This document shows positions 15,119 through 27,800 of a stretch of DNA of 64,000 nt, piece after piece. The stretch lies in NCBI RefSeq assembly GCF_964355755.1, contig NC_092670.1:34708388-34772387 (forward strand), read 5' to 3'. Positions within the stretch are counted from its first letter, which is position 1. Each line of letters opens with the position of its first letter. A program made the translations under genes and the position numbers. The notes under the pieces are model-generated. The model did not search any database, was not told where the DNA came from, and saw nothing but the letters and a program-made list of their open reading frames with translations. This DNA is from Antedon mediterranea. Lineage: Eukaryota > Animalia > Echinodermata.

Positions 15119-18100
15119 TTACAGTTGAATATTCATATTTCCTAATAAGGCTTGTTCAGCAATTTTCATCTTTTGCCACATCGTATCATCTTTGATATTC
15201 TTCTCATTTCCTTTCCTCAAGAAATGAAAAAGAAAAATACGAAGACCTTCGCGTAGTAAATTGAACTTCGGGAACGCCGAGAGACTTCCAAGGACGGTTG
15301 TAATCGTTTCTTCTTCGTTTTCCATTAAAAGCGATGTTAGAATTTTACGCAAAAATTTGACCATAGGCTTGTCCATATCACTGAACTCAATTACCTAGTT
15401 TGAAATAATAAGTATAAAAATGAATCATACCTTTAATATTTATTTCAATGAATTATGAGTCATACTACACAAAAAGTACTGCTGGCAGGCCAATTCAACT
15501 ATTTTTTCTTTCAATCCAATTTTTGGTCAAAGTGGATAACTATAGTATTATGTAACATTAAAATGGCATATTCAACAAATACATTTTAAGAATTATTTTT
15601 TTAGGGGACAACACATCTTTAAGCATCACCACCCATGTATAGCAGATTTAACTTATAACTGGACATACCGCTATGGAATCAGAAAGGAAGTCTTATTATT
15701 ATTAACTGGACATACAGCTATGGAATCAACCGTAATTGGTTGTGGTCATTTCCTTACCTTCAGAACTGAAATGGACATTGCATTAGCCACCAGCAGATGT
15801 ACAATGAGCAATGCTAAGTTGTTTGTAGCATGTACTGGTTGTTGTTCTAATGATTTAAACTTGTCCCAAAATGAAAACTGAAGACCCATCTGAAATTGTT
15901 TAATTTTTAATATATTAGTGATAAGAAATGGCTACTATATAGTCATAGTCATAGTCATAGTCATATATACTTTATTGTCCATTTAAAAAACAGAAATGTG
16001 ATTTGAAAACTGGCAAAATACAAAAATATAAAATACAATTTACAAAAACACACACAAAAAGTTAAGAGGCTAAAAATTGTTAAAATTAGATAAAAATTAT
16101 CGGTTACAATTACATTTTACCTTTGTACTCTGGAGTTATATAAGTGTATAGCATTAGGTACAAACGAGCACCTAAACCGTTTTGTTTTGGTATTAAGTGC
16201 ACGTAGTCTTATGCCAGAATTCATGAGAGCAAATTGTTTGTGAAGAGGATGTGTTTCATCATCAATGATACTTTTTACTTTTTTTAACACATTTTCTTTA
16301 TACAAGGATTCAACATCAGGTAAGTGCTCTCCTACTAGTCTAATTGCTCTATTTCCTATTCGATTAAGTTTAATTTTATCTTTTTGCATTGTATTACCAT
16401 AAAAACAAACATTACAAAAAAGTATTACACTGAGAATTACAGAGTTATAAAACAATTTAAGTATAGTTTTGTCAATTTGTAGGTACTTCATTTTTTTATA
16501 TTATTATAATGTATAATACCTTTTGTTACTTCGTAAAGACCAATTTACACAGATGAGTGGTAATGGGAAGCTGTAAATGGTAAGCAAAAACAGAAATATA
16601 CGGGCGGTTGATCAGACACCCCCTCGGGATAGATACAGATTATACGCGGGACAAGCATGCAGGTTTTCATTGCTGCTCGTCTGTGTAAATTGGCCGTAAG
16701 TCCTATAATATTAAACACTTATAAGCGCAATTTAAAAAAAAAACTATTGAAATAGGTGAGTTTTCAGGAGAGATTTGAATTGAAAAGGGCACAGAATTTA
16801 GGTTGGTTCTAGGTGGTGTTAACGTAAGTTTAGGATGACCTTAATGGCTTAATACGTTCATGAAGATAATGTGGAGAAAGTCATTCTTCTTTATACGACT
16901 ACTGTTACAATTTGTAATAGAGATAATACTTAATATTTCAAGAAATTAAGAAGAGGAAAAAGACATACTCTATATTTTCTGTCATAAGTACAGAACTTAG
17001 TAGCCAGGTGTGCGTAGTACGGATTGAACGCCCGCTCCTGCAGACAACAACCAACAATAACGTGAACTATTTCTCGCTCTTGTCCGGATTTCAATCCAAG
17101 CCTCAGGAGCTTCTCAAATGAATCAATGTAGTCCTAAAAAAAGAAAAGTTCAGTATCATCAATATTATGATTACAATTATGAAAGCCGGACTTCTTAAAT
17201 CTTTAGAATTGCCTTGGGAGGCTTCAGGGTTCCCTACTATTTCTTGTGTTCCTAAAACCACTACCTGAAAATAAATTGGGCCTACACGAAAAATGTTGAT
17301 TTGTCAATAAAAATGAATGTTGTTATACTTATCAAAGCAGTTTTTATGTGGCCATGCAATTTACCCTACAACATGTTAGGATATCCCTGTCATGAATTTA
17401 TTTATAATAAAATTAAGAATAAATGAAAACTTGTACAGCGCCGTTGTCCCCCACCCATGTGACACTTCAGACTAGTGAAGCGTTTAACTGTTCCATTCAC
17501 TTCTGAAACGTAAAAAGATCTTGGAACCCACTGATTTTTGGCTCTACGCTCTTGAAGAATGTTTTGTGACAATGATCGTAGGCCTCTGACCACAAGGTCA
17601 GGTAAGTAAGCTGGAGCGCTGTCATTTAGAATCTTAAAAACGAACAACGTCAGTTTATACTTAATACGTTGTTGAACAGGCAATGTAAATCATTTGTGCT
17701 GGGACGATGACAGTCACCCAACCAAATAGCTTACTTGAAGTCCTTTCATCAAGCTAAAAGGATCTATATTTTTTTCCTCATGACCTAGGTCGTAGGGGCG
17801 TAGCAGATGAGATACAGTAGTAGTACTCATGATACAATGCAACAGGCATATCACTCAGCGGTGCCTATCTCCTCTAGGGCTGGCTACGCTCTTAAGGAGT
17901 TGATGTGGGTACGGTACTGGTTTAGTTGCCGGTGGGTGAAAGTGGCTGTGTGTGGTCTAGTACACTGGGGTAACCTCCTACTCGTCTCGAAAGTTGTACT
18001 AGGTTCTTTAAAGTGCAAATGAGCTAGATGTGTACACTGGACATACGGTTTATAGTCCGAGAAGACTCGTTCTACCACCAGAACCATGGAGTGAGTGAGT

Positions 18101-21100
18101 CTCGAACCCTTGCCGATGTTATGGCTACGTATTTACGGTTCCACTGTCTTAACCGCTCGGCCACTCACTCATTTATACAGTTCTAAAGTATTTTGAAACA
18201 ACAAACCTCAGCTGTCATTATCACGGCAAAGATCGTCTTTCTGATATCCGTGTTCATCCTTTGTTGTCGGGATAACTCCATTATTTTAGAACTCATCTGG
18301 TTCACTTCTTTATTCACTACGTTACTGCTGTCATTTGAATGTTGTCGACCCGTCCAAGCGGAACCAACCACCCACCAGCGACCGTTCACGTCAGCTGATA
18401 ATAAATCTTCTAGGGATACAGTCAACATAGCTTCTGTCGCTGATGCTGAAAGAGAAAAAATAATGCAAAAAGAAAATGTTTATAAAGATGTATTGTCCCC
18501 AAAAAACATAAAAAAGGAGATTAATTAATCAGACTTTGAACATGTTATTTTGTAGTTTTAATAAAGTTAATCAATTCCATAGAAAAAAAAAAAAATGTTT
18601 TCACTTATAAAATGACAAAGTTAGTAGTTAAAATCATACAAAATGGCAGCCACTTTAACTATTTTTTGCTTTAAATTATAGGTTTTATACCAGAGGATAT
18701 ACAGTAACAGTTAATAGTCATGGATCTATAACCCGAGTGAACCACAGACAATGGATGAACCCTATACTACTCTTTCATCTGTATATACAAATATTGAAAA
18801 TCTTAATAGTTTATCTTCATACAGATTTTTATGTGTGGCATTTATTACCTTTACTGATGCCTTTTAAGAGTTTCTTTAAATGCTCCAGATGGTCTGCGTC
18901 ATAGCCTGGTATCTTACGAAGATTGTTGTTCCGAACTGCTGTTAAAATCTCTAACATAAACTTGACTCTAGATCTGATTGACAAAATGAAAGAAAAATTA
19001 GTAGTATGTATTACAGTCCTTTCAGATTTTGCCTTTTAAATGCCCCACCAGTGAGTCACCTATCATGATAATTGCAATGTCTGAAACTTTTAGAATATTA
19101 TTTTACAGCATATATTATGTGTATGTCCATCTTTGAACATATGAAGACAAGGCAAAAAGAATGCCTAGCAAGGTAGGTACCTCAATGCATTCATTCACCA
19201 TACCATTGTATCTATACTATATTATCATACAGTATAAGGAAAAAATAGAATACCTTAGTGAACAAATTTATCATTTACATAGATATCTTTATAGTAAGGG
19301 TGTAGAAATGAATATAAATTGAGCTGATGGTAGTTGATATACACTGTAGATTTAGTCAGTAATTGTTATTGTCTGCTGGCTTCCAGTAGCGACAGTTAAG
19401 CTTGGTTCCCACTAGAACGTAACGCAAGGACGTAAACGCAACGCAAGCGTTTTAACCAATGACAAGCGAAGTTACAGACAGTTAGCAATCACAAGCGAAT
19501 AAGCCATCGCTTGTGATTGGTCAATTCACTTGCGTTGCGTTACGTCCTTGTGTTGCGTCGCTAGTGGGAACCACGCTTTAACCTTTTAGCAACAGTTAAG
19601 TATATATCTTGATTCAACTTACTGTTCCTTGAATTCCTTTGAACAGGCATTTGCTTGACTTGTTATCTCCAAGATGATATCTTTGAGGGCGGAAGGATCA
19701 TCTTTACGTAGGCTCATCCCACAGCCTAGACAGACCAATCAGAATGTATTTTTACAGTTTTATTGTAATGATATATGTTGAACTAATTTGACAAAAAAAG
19801 TGTGATATGGTGGTGATGTGAGTTCATCGTGTCCATATATGGGCATAATCCTGTCTATATATGAACAAAACACATATTTTTGTCAAATAAAATTTGATAG
19901 TTTAGACTTTGAGACAGATTGTGGTACACATTTTGAAAATCTAGTAATAAAAAATATCAGAATACATGGTATATCAAAAAGGATGAAACCATTATTAAAT
20001 AATGTATAAACAAACACATTCAGACTTACTCCTGATGATGAGTAGTAACATTTCAATATCTCTTTCTGTGAATGATGTCACAAGTTTCCTGATGATGTCA
20101 TAAATTAACGTGCAGTGAATAATCTAAAAAAAAAAAAGTGAAAAGATGAGAGCGTATCAATTTGATCTCTGGTGCACATGCGTACAATTGAGGGAATAGT
20201 GCTGTTCTACCGTACCACGCAGAGAGTGCTAAATAGTTGCTATCCAATCGAGTTATAATACCATGAAAGCTCCAATGGTCTAATGGACTTTTTCTCATTG
20301 TCACAGATTTCCTCATCTTAATTTTTTCAATATAACAATATATAAATCCAAAGGCAAATTACTAAAAAGAATGACAATGTTGTGGTTATCAGTGGCTGGA
20401 CCTCAATGAAGATACAAAATGAAATAAGCTAAATCAAAACGATATTTAATTAAAACAATCAGAAAAATGTGCAGATTTTTTGGGCAACACAAGCCCTTTA
20501 CGTGCAAGTGAAATAAATACATAATATATATAAATACACATGTATAATAAAGATAAAGTCATAGATGTAATTTAATAGATAATATTCTAAAGTCTGCTTT
20601 TTAGTCAAATAAAATATCACTTGTATTTATTATCATGAATAAATTAAACTTACTTTAAAATTATAGAGATGAGAAAAAATGAGTAATATATTGTCGCATT
20701 GTTTGCCAACACCATAGTTACCGCCACTACCATATAAGGTTGAAAACTCTTTAGCAACCCTTGTTATAAAATGTGCACCTTAAAAAAAGAAAACCATTTT
20801 TGTTCGACAATTTAAAAACTGTTAGGCCTACAGTACAGCTCAATTTAACAAAAATCGTTAATAAGATATCAAATAAAGTATAGTAACAAAAACTATTTTT
20901 CAAAAGCAAATATCACTCATTAAATTGGAAATTGTTAAAAACAATTTGATTTATTTATTCTACAATATTATTACACCATAGGAAATGTAATTCATGTAAT
21001 CTTGATCAAATATCTGTAAACTACATTTACTTCAATGTAAAATCTAAGAAACAATAATTATCTTTTCATACCAACTTCACTTCCAATACTAGTGTGCAGT

Positions 21101-23856
21101 ATTGCGATTAATAACACATGCTCCAACACAAGACGTTCTGGAGTGAGAGAGGGCGACACACACACTTGTAATATTATAGTTGTCAAAGCCTCATTCATAT
21201 CTGAAAAAGATTAATTGTAATATACAGTAATAACTTTATCTTGCAGTGTTATTTTATATCATTATCTTCACTTATCTCTACACTTACCATTACGACTGTG
21301 TTTTAAATATAAATCTTCTACTTGGGAGCAGATCCATTGTAAATTTGCTTCACTTAACCTAAAAAAAAAATATACATAATAAAAATAATCACAAAATATA
21401 GTATTATCAGTGTTTTTGTTAAGATAAGGGAGATACAGTTACTATTGTTTTTTAAATATAAGACCCACCTATTTATTAGACCCTTGACCTGTTTTCTTAA
21501 TTTTTCAAGTTCCAATTGTTTCTGACTATTTTCACCCATCATTTGCGCTCGTTTTTGAGGTGGAATGTAACTGCCGCTGGGTAATTCTGTGCTTTCGGAC
21601 GTCCCTACTAAGTTGCCGTACGGATCCATCTTTGGTAACGATTTAATATGTTGTACATCCTCATCATCTTCATCATTATCATCTTCTTTATCATCGCTGC
21701 TTAAATCAAAATCATCATCATCCGAATATTCTTCAGGTAATGTTCGTTCTTCGATTTTATCACTTTCTTTCTCTTGTATAATTTTCTCTTTTCTTTTTGC
21801 GCTTTCTTCAACAGGCTCATCATTCTCATCCTCTGATTGGTCGGAGAACGAAAGCATTTCTTCATCATCCATTCTGAGATCTGATTCTAAATCACTGTCT
21901 TCAAATGCTTTTATTTTTTCTGAATCGCAAACATCAAGAAGATCTGGAAAGTAGACAGTTAAGCAAAATAACGATGGTAATAAATTTAGCAAAAGAAGAG
22001 TAAAATATTATACATCATAAGTGTCCTTGCATAGTAATAATAATAAAAATAATAATAACAATAATAATAAGTTTATTTAAAAACAGAAAACTTGATCACT
22101 TAATATAGTTTTTTAGCAAGGCCGTTTCAGTATACAAAAAAAAAACAACAATTAAAAGTAAAAGAAGTAAAAAAAACATAACTAAAACAATACAAAAGTT
22201 AAAAGGTGTTTACAAATGCAAATTGATCAATGCTATTGACTATTATTACTATATTCCCTGCCTCCCAGTCGACTACTGTCTCATCTGAGACCACTGAAAA
22301 CATACGTATGGGAGGTTGACAGTCATCACTCCTGTTTGTTTGTCATCTTTCATCAATCAATTTTATTTTTAAATTATTATTTTTAAAAGGATACAATCTA
22401 AGCCATCTTGCTTAAACACCATCGGTAACAACTTTTCTTTCGTTTTCTTTTTCTTCCTGAATTTCAAAGATTTTTCCAGTTTCTTTATCAACTTGTCTTC
22501 CTTTTCATTTTGTTCTAGCAACTGAGCCTTTTTCAACGTTTCTTCTTTTTTCTGTTAGAAAACAAAAGAATTTTATTTATTAAAAAAAAAGAAGTCTATA
22601 ACCATGAAATGGGAGAGGTGGGGGGAAATTAAGACTGATTCTAGTATACAATGTTGCTATAATTTGGCAAAATTGTGATTTACGTCTTGTTTGGTTTGGA
22701 GAGATAAAATCACTACAATTGTAACATTTATAGACATCTTAAAGACACCTTCCCTACCTTTTTTTATATTTAATTTAAGATCACAAACTATATTTAATGT
22801 GAAAATAATACTATATGGTCCTATTGCGATAACTTTTTTCCGTCTTTAAATGGTTAAAAATGTGAAAAATAAGTCGATTCTAATAATTATAGCGGCCCGC
22901 TATAAATCCCAAAATGCATTGCGCGCGGATTGATATTTTTGTTTTTCTTCTGTAATTCACCCACTTTTCGATCGATCGTGAGACCAAAACAAATGAAATA
23001 CTTCAAACTTTTCAGCGAAAATACCGATCCCCAATTTGTATCAACGGAGTCTGACAAAAATAGAAAGACAATTAATGCAGCAACTATACAACGTCAGGCT
23101 AGGTATATAGCTAGCGTACAATGTTCGTACGTTACTGTTACCTACAAAGCTAGGCCTAGCTAGAGGTCACTCGCCACGTGCTACAGTACTTAGGTAGTGC
23201 ATTGTTTCTCACTTTTTATCATAATTTACAATAAAACGTACATTTAAGACAAGGAATACCCTGGTTTAATGTTTTTAAAGTAATATATATGTATTATTTT
23301 TACAAAACGTCACAAATTGTAGGGAAGGTGTCTTTAAGCTCTGTTTACACTATCAAACTAGTTTGGTAGGGATATGACATCATCATGTCCATATATGGGC
23401 ACATCCCATTGCTTTGTCACATAAGGTTTGATAGTGTAGACAGAGCTTTAGATGCAAAACAGACCTTATTATTCCCTTCTTTCTTTGCCACCGTTTTCTT
23501 CTTCTTTTTCTTTACACTTTTTACTTCTTCAGTCTTTTCAACCACTTGTATCTGTAGAAAATTTAGATAACACAAATAAAAAGCTAAATTTATCCAAGAA
23601 AAATCAGTTTAATTTACCGTTAACACTGTGACTTAAAACAAACCTTTTGTTTCTTGGTGTGAAACGCCTGAATTTTAACTTTCTTTAATTTCTTTGCCTC
23701 CTTTCTTCTTTCTTTTCTAGACTTGCCAACCCTTTTTCTCCTCAGTCTTGGGTCTTTACTTGTCTCGGTTTCATCATCATTCTTTTCTAGTAGCTTGTAA
23801 ACAGATTTCTTATAACGCTTTAGATTTTGAGGCTGCTGCTTTTTCTTCACTTTCAT
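15119..23856 (-). CDS. NOM1: Nucleolar MIF4G domain-containing protein 1 (MIF4G + MI/MA3 domains)
   Basis: 14 phase-compatible coding exons: 23644-23856, 23465-23551, 22395-22551, 21469-21943, 21288-21358, 21072-21200, 20654-20778, 20030-20123, 19623-19725, 18849-18973, 18207-18445, 16969-17133, 15758-15889, 15119-15394. Diagnostic peptides: FKQDGLDYLL, YIPPQKR, VKGLINRLSEAN, LRKDDPSALKDII, SRVKFMLE, GRWWVVGSAW, QRMNTDIRKTIF, DYIDSFEKLLRLGLK, FNPYY, QFSFWDKF. Confidence 0.95.
15938..16495 (-). mobile_element. LINE 3' fragment (Rex/Babar- or L2-like) in a NOM1 intron
   Basis: ORF LKLFYNSVILSVI..HPLH..SGIRLR..TKRFRCSFVPNAIHLYN followed by AATAAA and a (GACTAT)n tail. Confidence 0.8.
17500..17760 (-). 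mobile_element. Degenerate L2-like LINE fragment in a NOM1 intron
   Basis: LPVQQRIKYKL..FKILNDSAPAYL....LRS is typical of the L2/CR1 ORF2 C-terminus. Confidence 0.65.
17940..18170 (-). mobile_element. tRNA-derived SINE, same family, 3'-truncated
   Basis: Box A TGGCCGAGCGG and box B GGTTCGAGACT on the minus strand, with the shared core. Confidence 0.8.
19398..19578. mobile_element. MITE; family also at 7491-7650, 8057-8249, partial at 31600-31730
   Basis: TIR AAGCTTGGTTCCCACTAG ... CTAGTGGGAACCACGCTT with internal ACGCAA / TTGCGT symmetry. Confidence 0.8.
22743..23333. mobile_element. MITE with TTAA target site (Kolobok-like)
   Basis: TTAA|AGACACCTTCCCTAC ... GTAGGGAAGGTGTCT|TTAA. Confidence 0.85.
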
Positions 23857-24893
23857 TTTGCTATGTTGGAAGTTATTTATTAAATTTATAAAATAAATTA
23901 GGCTAGGTTTATGTTATGAACAACAAATAAAAATACAATCTGAATTATTATTAGAGATAACTCCACAACAATACATTAATTTAACTTGAACATGTAAAAA
24001 GCACATTTTGGTATGTAGGTAGGCTTATCCGGGATCGAGGTCAGTCCTATCATCAGATCGAGCCGGTTTTTTACCTACACTAGACAGCCGTACGTACGCA
24101 GCGTAGTCTGTAGAGCTGAGTATCGGAGGCCTAGCCTAGCATCGTAAATTTAAAGAAAAGGCATAGCTAGGCCCCTAGTAGGTCTAGTGTAGTTTAAAGA
24201 TCTATCCAGCCTAAGCAGTAGTTAATGATCAAGTGTTATAAAACAATTTAATACTATATCACTCATTTTGTTTGATGTTATAAAATATACCAACTTTTTT
24301 TTCACCTTTCTTCACAAACACAATCACAACAAAAAACACATGGCAAGATAGATGTCGTGTTAGAAGGCAAGTCCATTATTTATAATAGCAAGGCACCGTA
24401 AAAGAACTTTTTAATTGATATAGATAACGATAATTTTATAGTCTTATAAGAAATAATTAAACATATACAGATTTTTTTAAATTTAAATTATTACAATAAA
24501 AATATTTCTGTTAGTTTTCTGCATAATATTTTGTGTACAAATCATTTGCTTTCCCCTACAAATATTGAACTGTCTTTACGTCGATAGAGGGAGTATACTT
24601 TACTTTGGGAAATCCATTTCCATTTTAGCCTTTGAGAGGTGTAGATTGTAGGCCTAGTATGCTTAGCCTTAGGCCTAAGCTTTATTTCGTTATTTCTATC
24701 AATAAAAATTAAATTAGAATTTAATATTGATTTTAGTTAAATATAATAATATAATTTAGTGGTAAATAAATGAATAATCTGAATGTTTAGGTTATAACTG
24801 CCTGAGAAGCAACACAACACCTTAAAAGTTAATAAATAGGCCTCCTAAGTCTTGACATTATTGAACTGAGGCTCTTGCTAGACTTAGATTCAG
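23857..24893. promoter_or_regulatory. Probable bidirectional promoter and 5'UTR region shared by NOM1 and ERCC3
   Basis: Divergent ATGs 1.04 kb apart (23856 on -, 24894 on +). An acceptor-like TTCAG sits directly before the XPB ATG and a minus-strand donor-like site lies near 24305, implying 5'UTR introns. Confidence 0.6.
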
Positions 24894-27800
24894 ATGGGGA
24901 AGAGAGACAGAAAGAACGTAGGTAAGTCCCCTAGTTGGTTGTGGCCAATTAGGTAGTATTCAATTACACGAATTATATTATAAGTAATTTTTCTATAAGT
25001 ATAAGTAGTGGCTAAATTTACAACCCACAAAAAAAAATCTTGGGGTGGGGAATTGGAGAAAAGAATGAGGGATTGTGAGGCACTGTCTCCATGTTGTAGG
25101 TGATGATTATTAGGGTTACAATGCTGTATTTCTCTTAATCCTCTTATTTTCTTCTTATTACTCTGTTTATATTCTTTTTCAGATGGCAAGAAATCAAAAA
25201 AAGCAAAGGTACCCGAACCAGACATAGAGGATGATGATACTCAAGAAGGTATCTCTATTTGACAAGTACTTTTTAAATTGAAGTTCGAAGTACTTCAAAG
25301 AACTTCACATAGCTTGGACTCAATCAGGGGCGGATTCAAGGGGGTCCTAGCCAGCCTGGGCCCCAGACAGCCCGGGCCCCAGCCAGCCCGGGCCCCAGCC
25401 AGCCCGGGCCCCAGCCAGCCCGGGCCCCAGCCAGCCCGGGCCCCAGCCAGCCCGGGCCCCAGCCAGCCCGGGCCCCAGCCAGCCCGGGCCCCAGCCAGCC
25501 CGGGCCCCAGCCAGCCCGGGCCCCAGCCAGCCCGGGCCCCAGCCAGCCCGGGCCCCAGCCAGCCCGGGCCCCAGCCAGCCCGGGCCCCATCCAGCCCGGG
25601 CCCCATCTAAATTTCACAAATTGTAATGCAAAAGATAGGATCAAATTAAGTCGAGCACTTCATGTCACTACTTGTAGGATCTTTCCCCCACTCCCCTCCC
25701 CCACCCCGCCCCCCCCCCCCTATTTCAAAATCATGGATCTGCCACTGTCAATCTTTCATCAATTCAGGTCACTTGTTCCATTTATCCTCAAAATTGGACA
25801 GCAACAAAACAGAAATGTCTTAAAGGTCCCAAATTCTTTCCTACTTCTTATAATGCTTTTTGAAAAACAAAATGTACTGAAAAATTTACTCGTGTTTTCT
25901 TTTATTTATCTAGGAAATGAATCGCAACTGGTGCCAGAGGGAGCGTTTAAGAAGGTAGATGAAGTTTCGGTCGAGGATGAATACGGAGCTAAAGATTACA
26001 GGTCACAATTGGAGCTTAAAGGTGATCACGGGTCTAGGCCGTTGTGGGTTGTAAGTGTATTTTAATCTTTGGAAGATATTTCATTCAACTCTCACATGAT
26101 ATGTCACTGTTATGCACTTGTCAATTGTATGACGCTCTAGCAACCCCTGGGAGAGGGAGTAATAAATAATTAAGTCATATTTTACGCAGGGGTGTGTCAT
26201 AGTGTATACAATATAAGGTATGACACACATCGGACAAATGAGTACCTCTTCCGGGGGTTGTATATATATATATATATATATATAGGTAACTTTATTCCAA
26301 AAAATGTAACAAAACCACGCACTGTGGATTTACAAAATCTGATACGTTCTTATATGCATGCATCCTACAACAACAAAAAATATAAAATAATGTAAAAATA
26401 AAGATTCAAAATAACAAAAGCCACTTATTTCTGTTACTGGCAATCTCACGCAAATTAATTAGGTCGTTAAAATTATTTATCTTTGTATAGTGTCATACAA
26501 TTGACAATGCATTCATTATATTTATATTAACATTTATATGAATATCGCGCTACAGAAAACAAAATTAATAATATTTAGTAATACTTTTTTGTCTTTCTTT
26601 TAGGCTCCTGATGGCCACATCTTCTTGGAGTCCTTCTCACCAGTATACAAGCACGCTCACGACTTTCTCATTGCGATTTCGGAACCTGTTGGTCGTCCAG
26701 TACATATACATGAATACAAGTTAGTTGTATAACATAATATACTAATTGTATAACTGTAGTGTTTTATATTAATCTAATTTAGCCAGCCTACACCTCATAT
26801 ATATATATTGTATTGTTTGTAATAATTTGTTTGCGGTACACCACATAAGAATTTCTCAGTTTCTCTAATTAATTTGTTAATATTATATAATATTGTTTTG
26901 TTAATTTTAAAGGGACGACCAGTTTGGGGTTATGCCTATTATGTGCTCCTGACACGATTGTACTTTTTCAAAATAATGAATATTAAATACTGGACTGTAA
27001 ATAAGGCTTGTTTAACCCATTTGACCTTTGAATCCAAAATAGATGACCTGGAAGTACTTGGACTTATGATTTAACTAACTAAAGTTGACTATTTTGTATT
27101 ACAGGTTAACTCCATATTCCTTGTATGCGGCTGTTTCTGTAGGCCTTCAGACTAATGACATCATTGAATACTTGAGACGCCTCAGTAAAACATCAATTCC
27201 TGAAGGAATTATTGAGTTTATCAAGGTAATTCAAATAACAATATATTATGTTAATTCTATGTGGAGAGCCTCTCGACGGTTATTTTTATTTATAACATTT
27301 AGGCGATCCTGTGCTTCAATGGTTTACTTTAGTATTGTTTTTATGTCTGACTTTGATAAATGATATACATGATATCCTCAAATGGATATTATTTGGTCAA
27401 ATGACAAAATTGTACTTATACCAAGTACATTTGAGAATACAATACTTTACTTTAATAATCTAGTAGTAAAAAGTAATAACCTAGTAATTATCAGGTAGGA
27501 CTCGAACCCACGACCTCTTAAAATGTAAATTGTGGAATAACCTGTGACTTGCAGCCTACTGGGCTGAATAGCGACATACCACAACTTTCTAACTAAGGGT
27601 CCCTTTGTGATCAAATGCTGCCACCAAACGGCGCTCTTTCATCTGTCCACCACAACGGGGGCTGAGATGAACCAGTATACTGGGTTAACCCCAATTCTTC
27701 CAGTTCTCCTAATCACTAAATTGATTTGGAATTTATTTCTTTTTTCAGCTTTGTACTGTGAGCTATGGTAAGCTAAAACTTGTGCTAAAACACAATCGAT

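Noticed and set aside
25278-25644. Pro/Gly-rich ORFs (collagen- or elastin-like)
   Set aside because: Translations of a 16-bp intronic minisatellite, open in several frames.
27493-27575. tRNA-like sequence with a box B on the minus strand (also near 13740 and in the SINE heads)
   Set aside because: No complete cloverleaf; consistent with decayed SINE heads.
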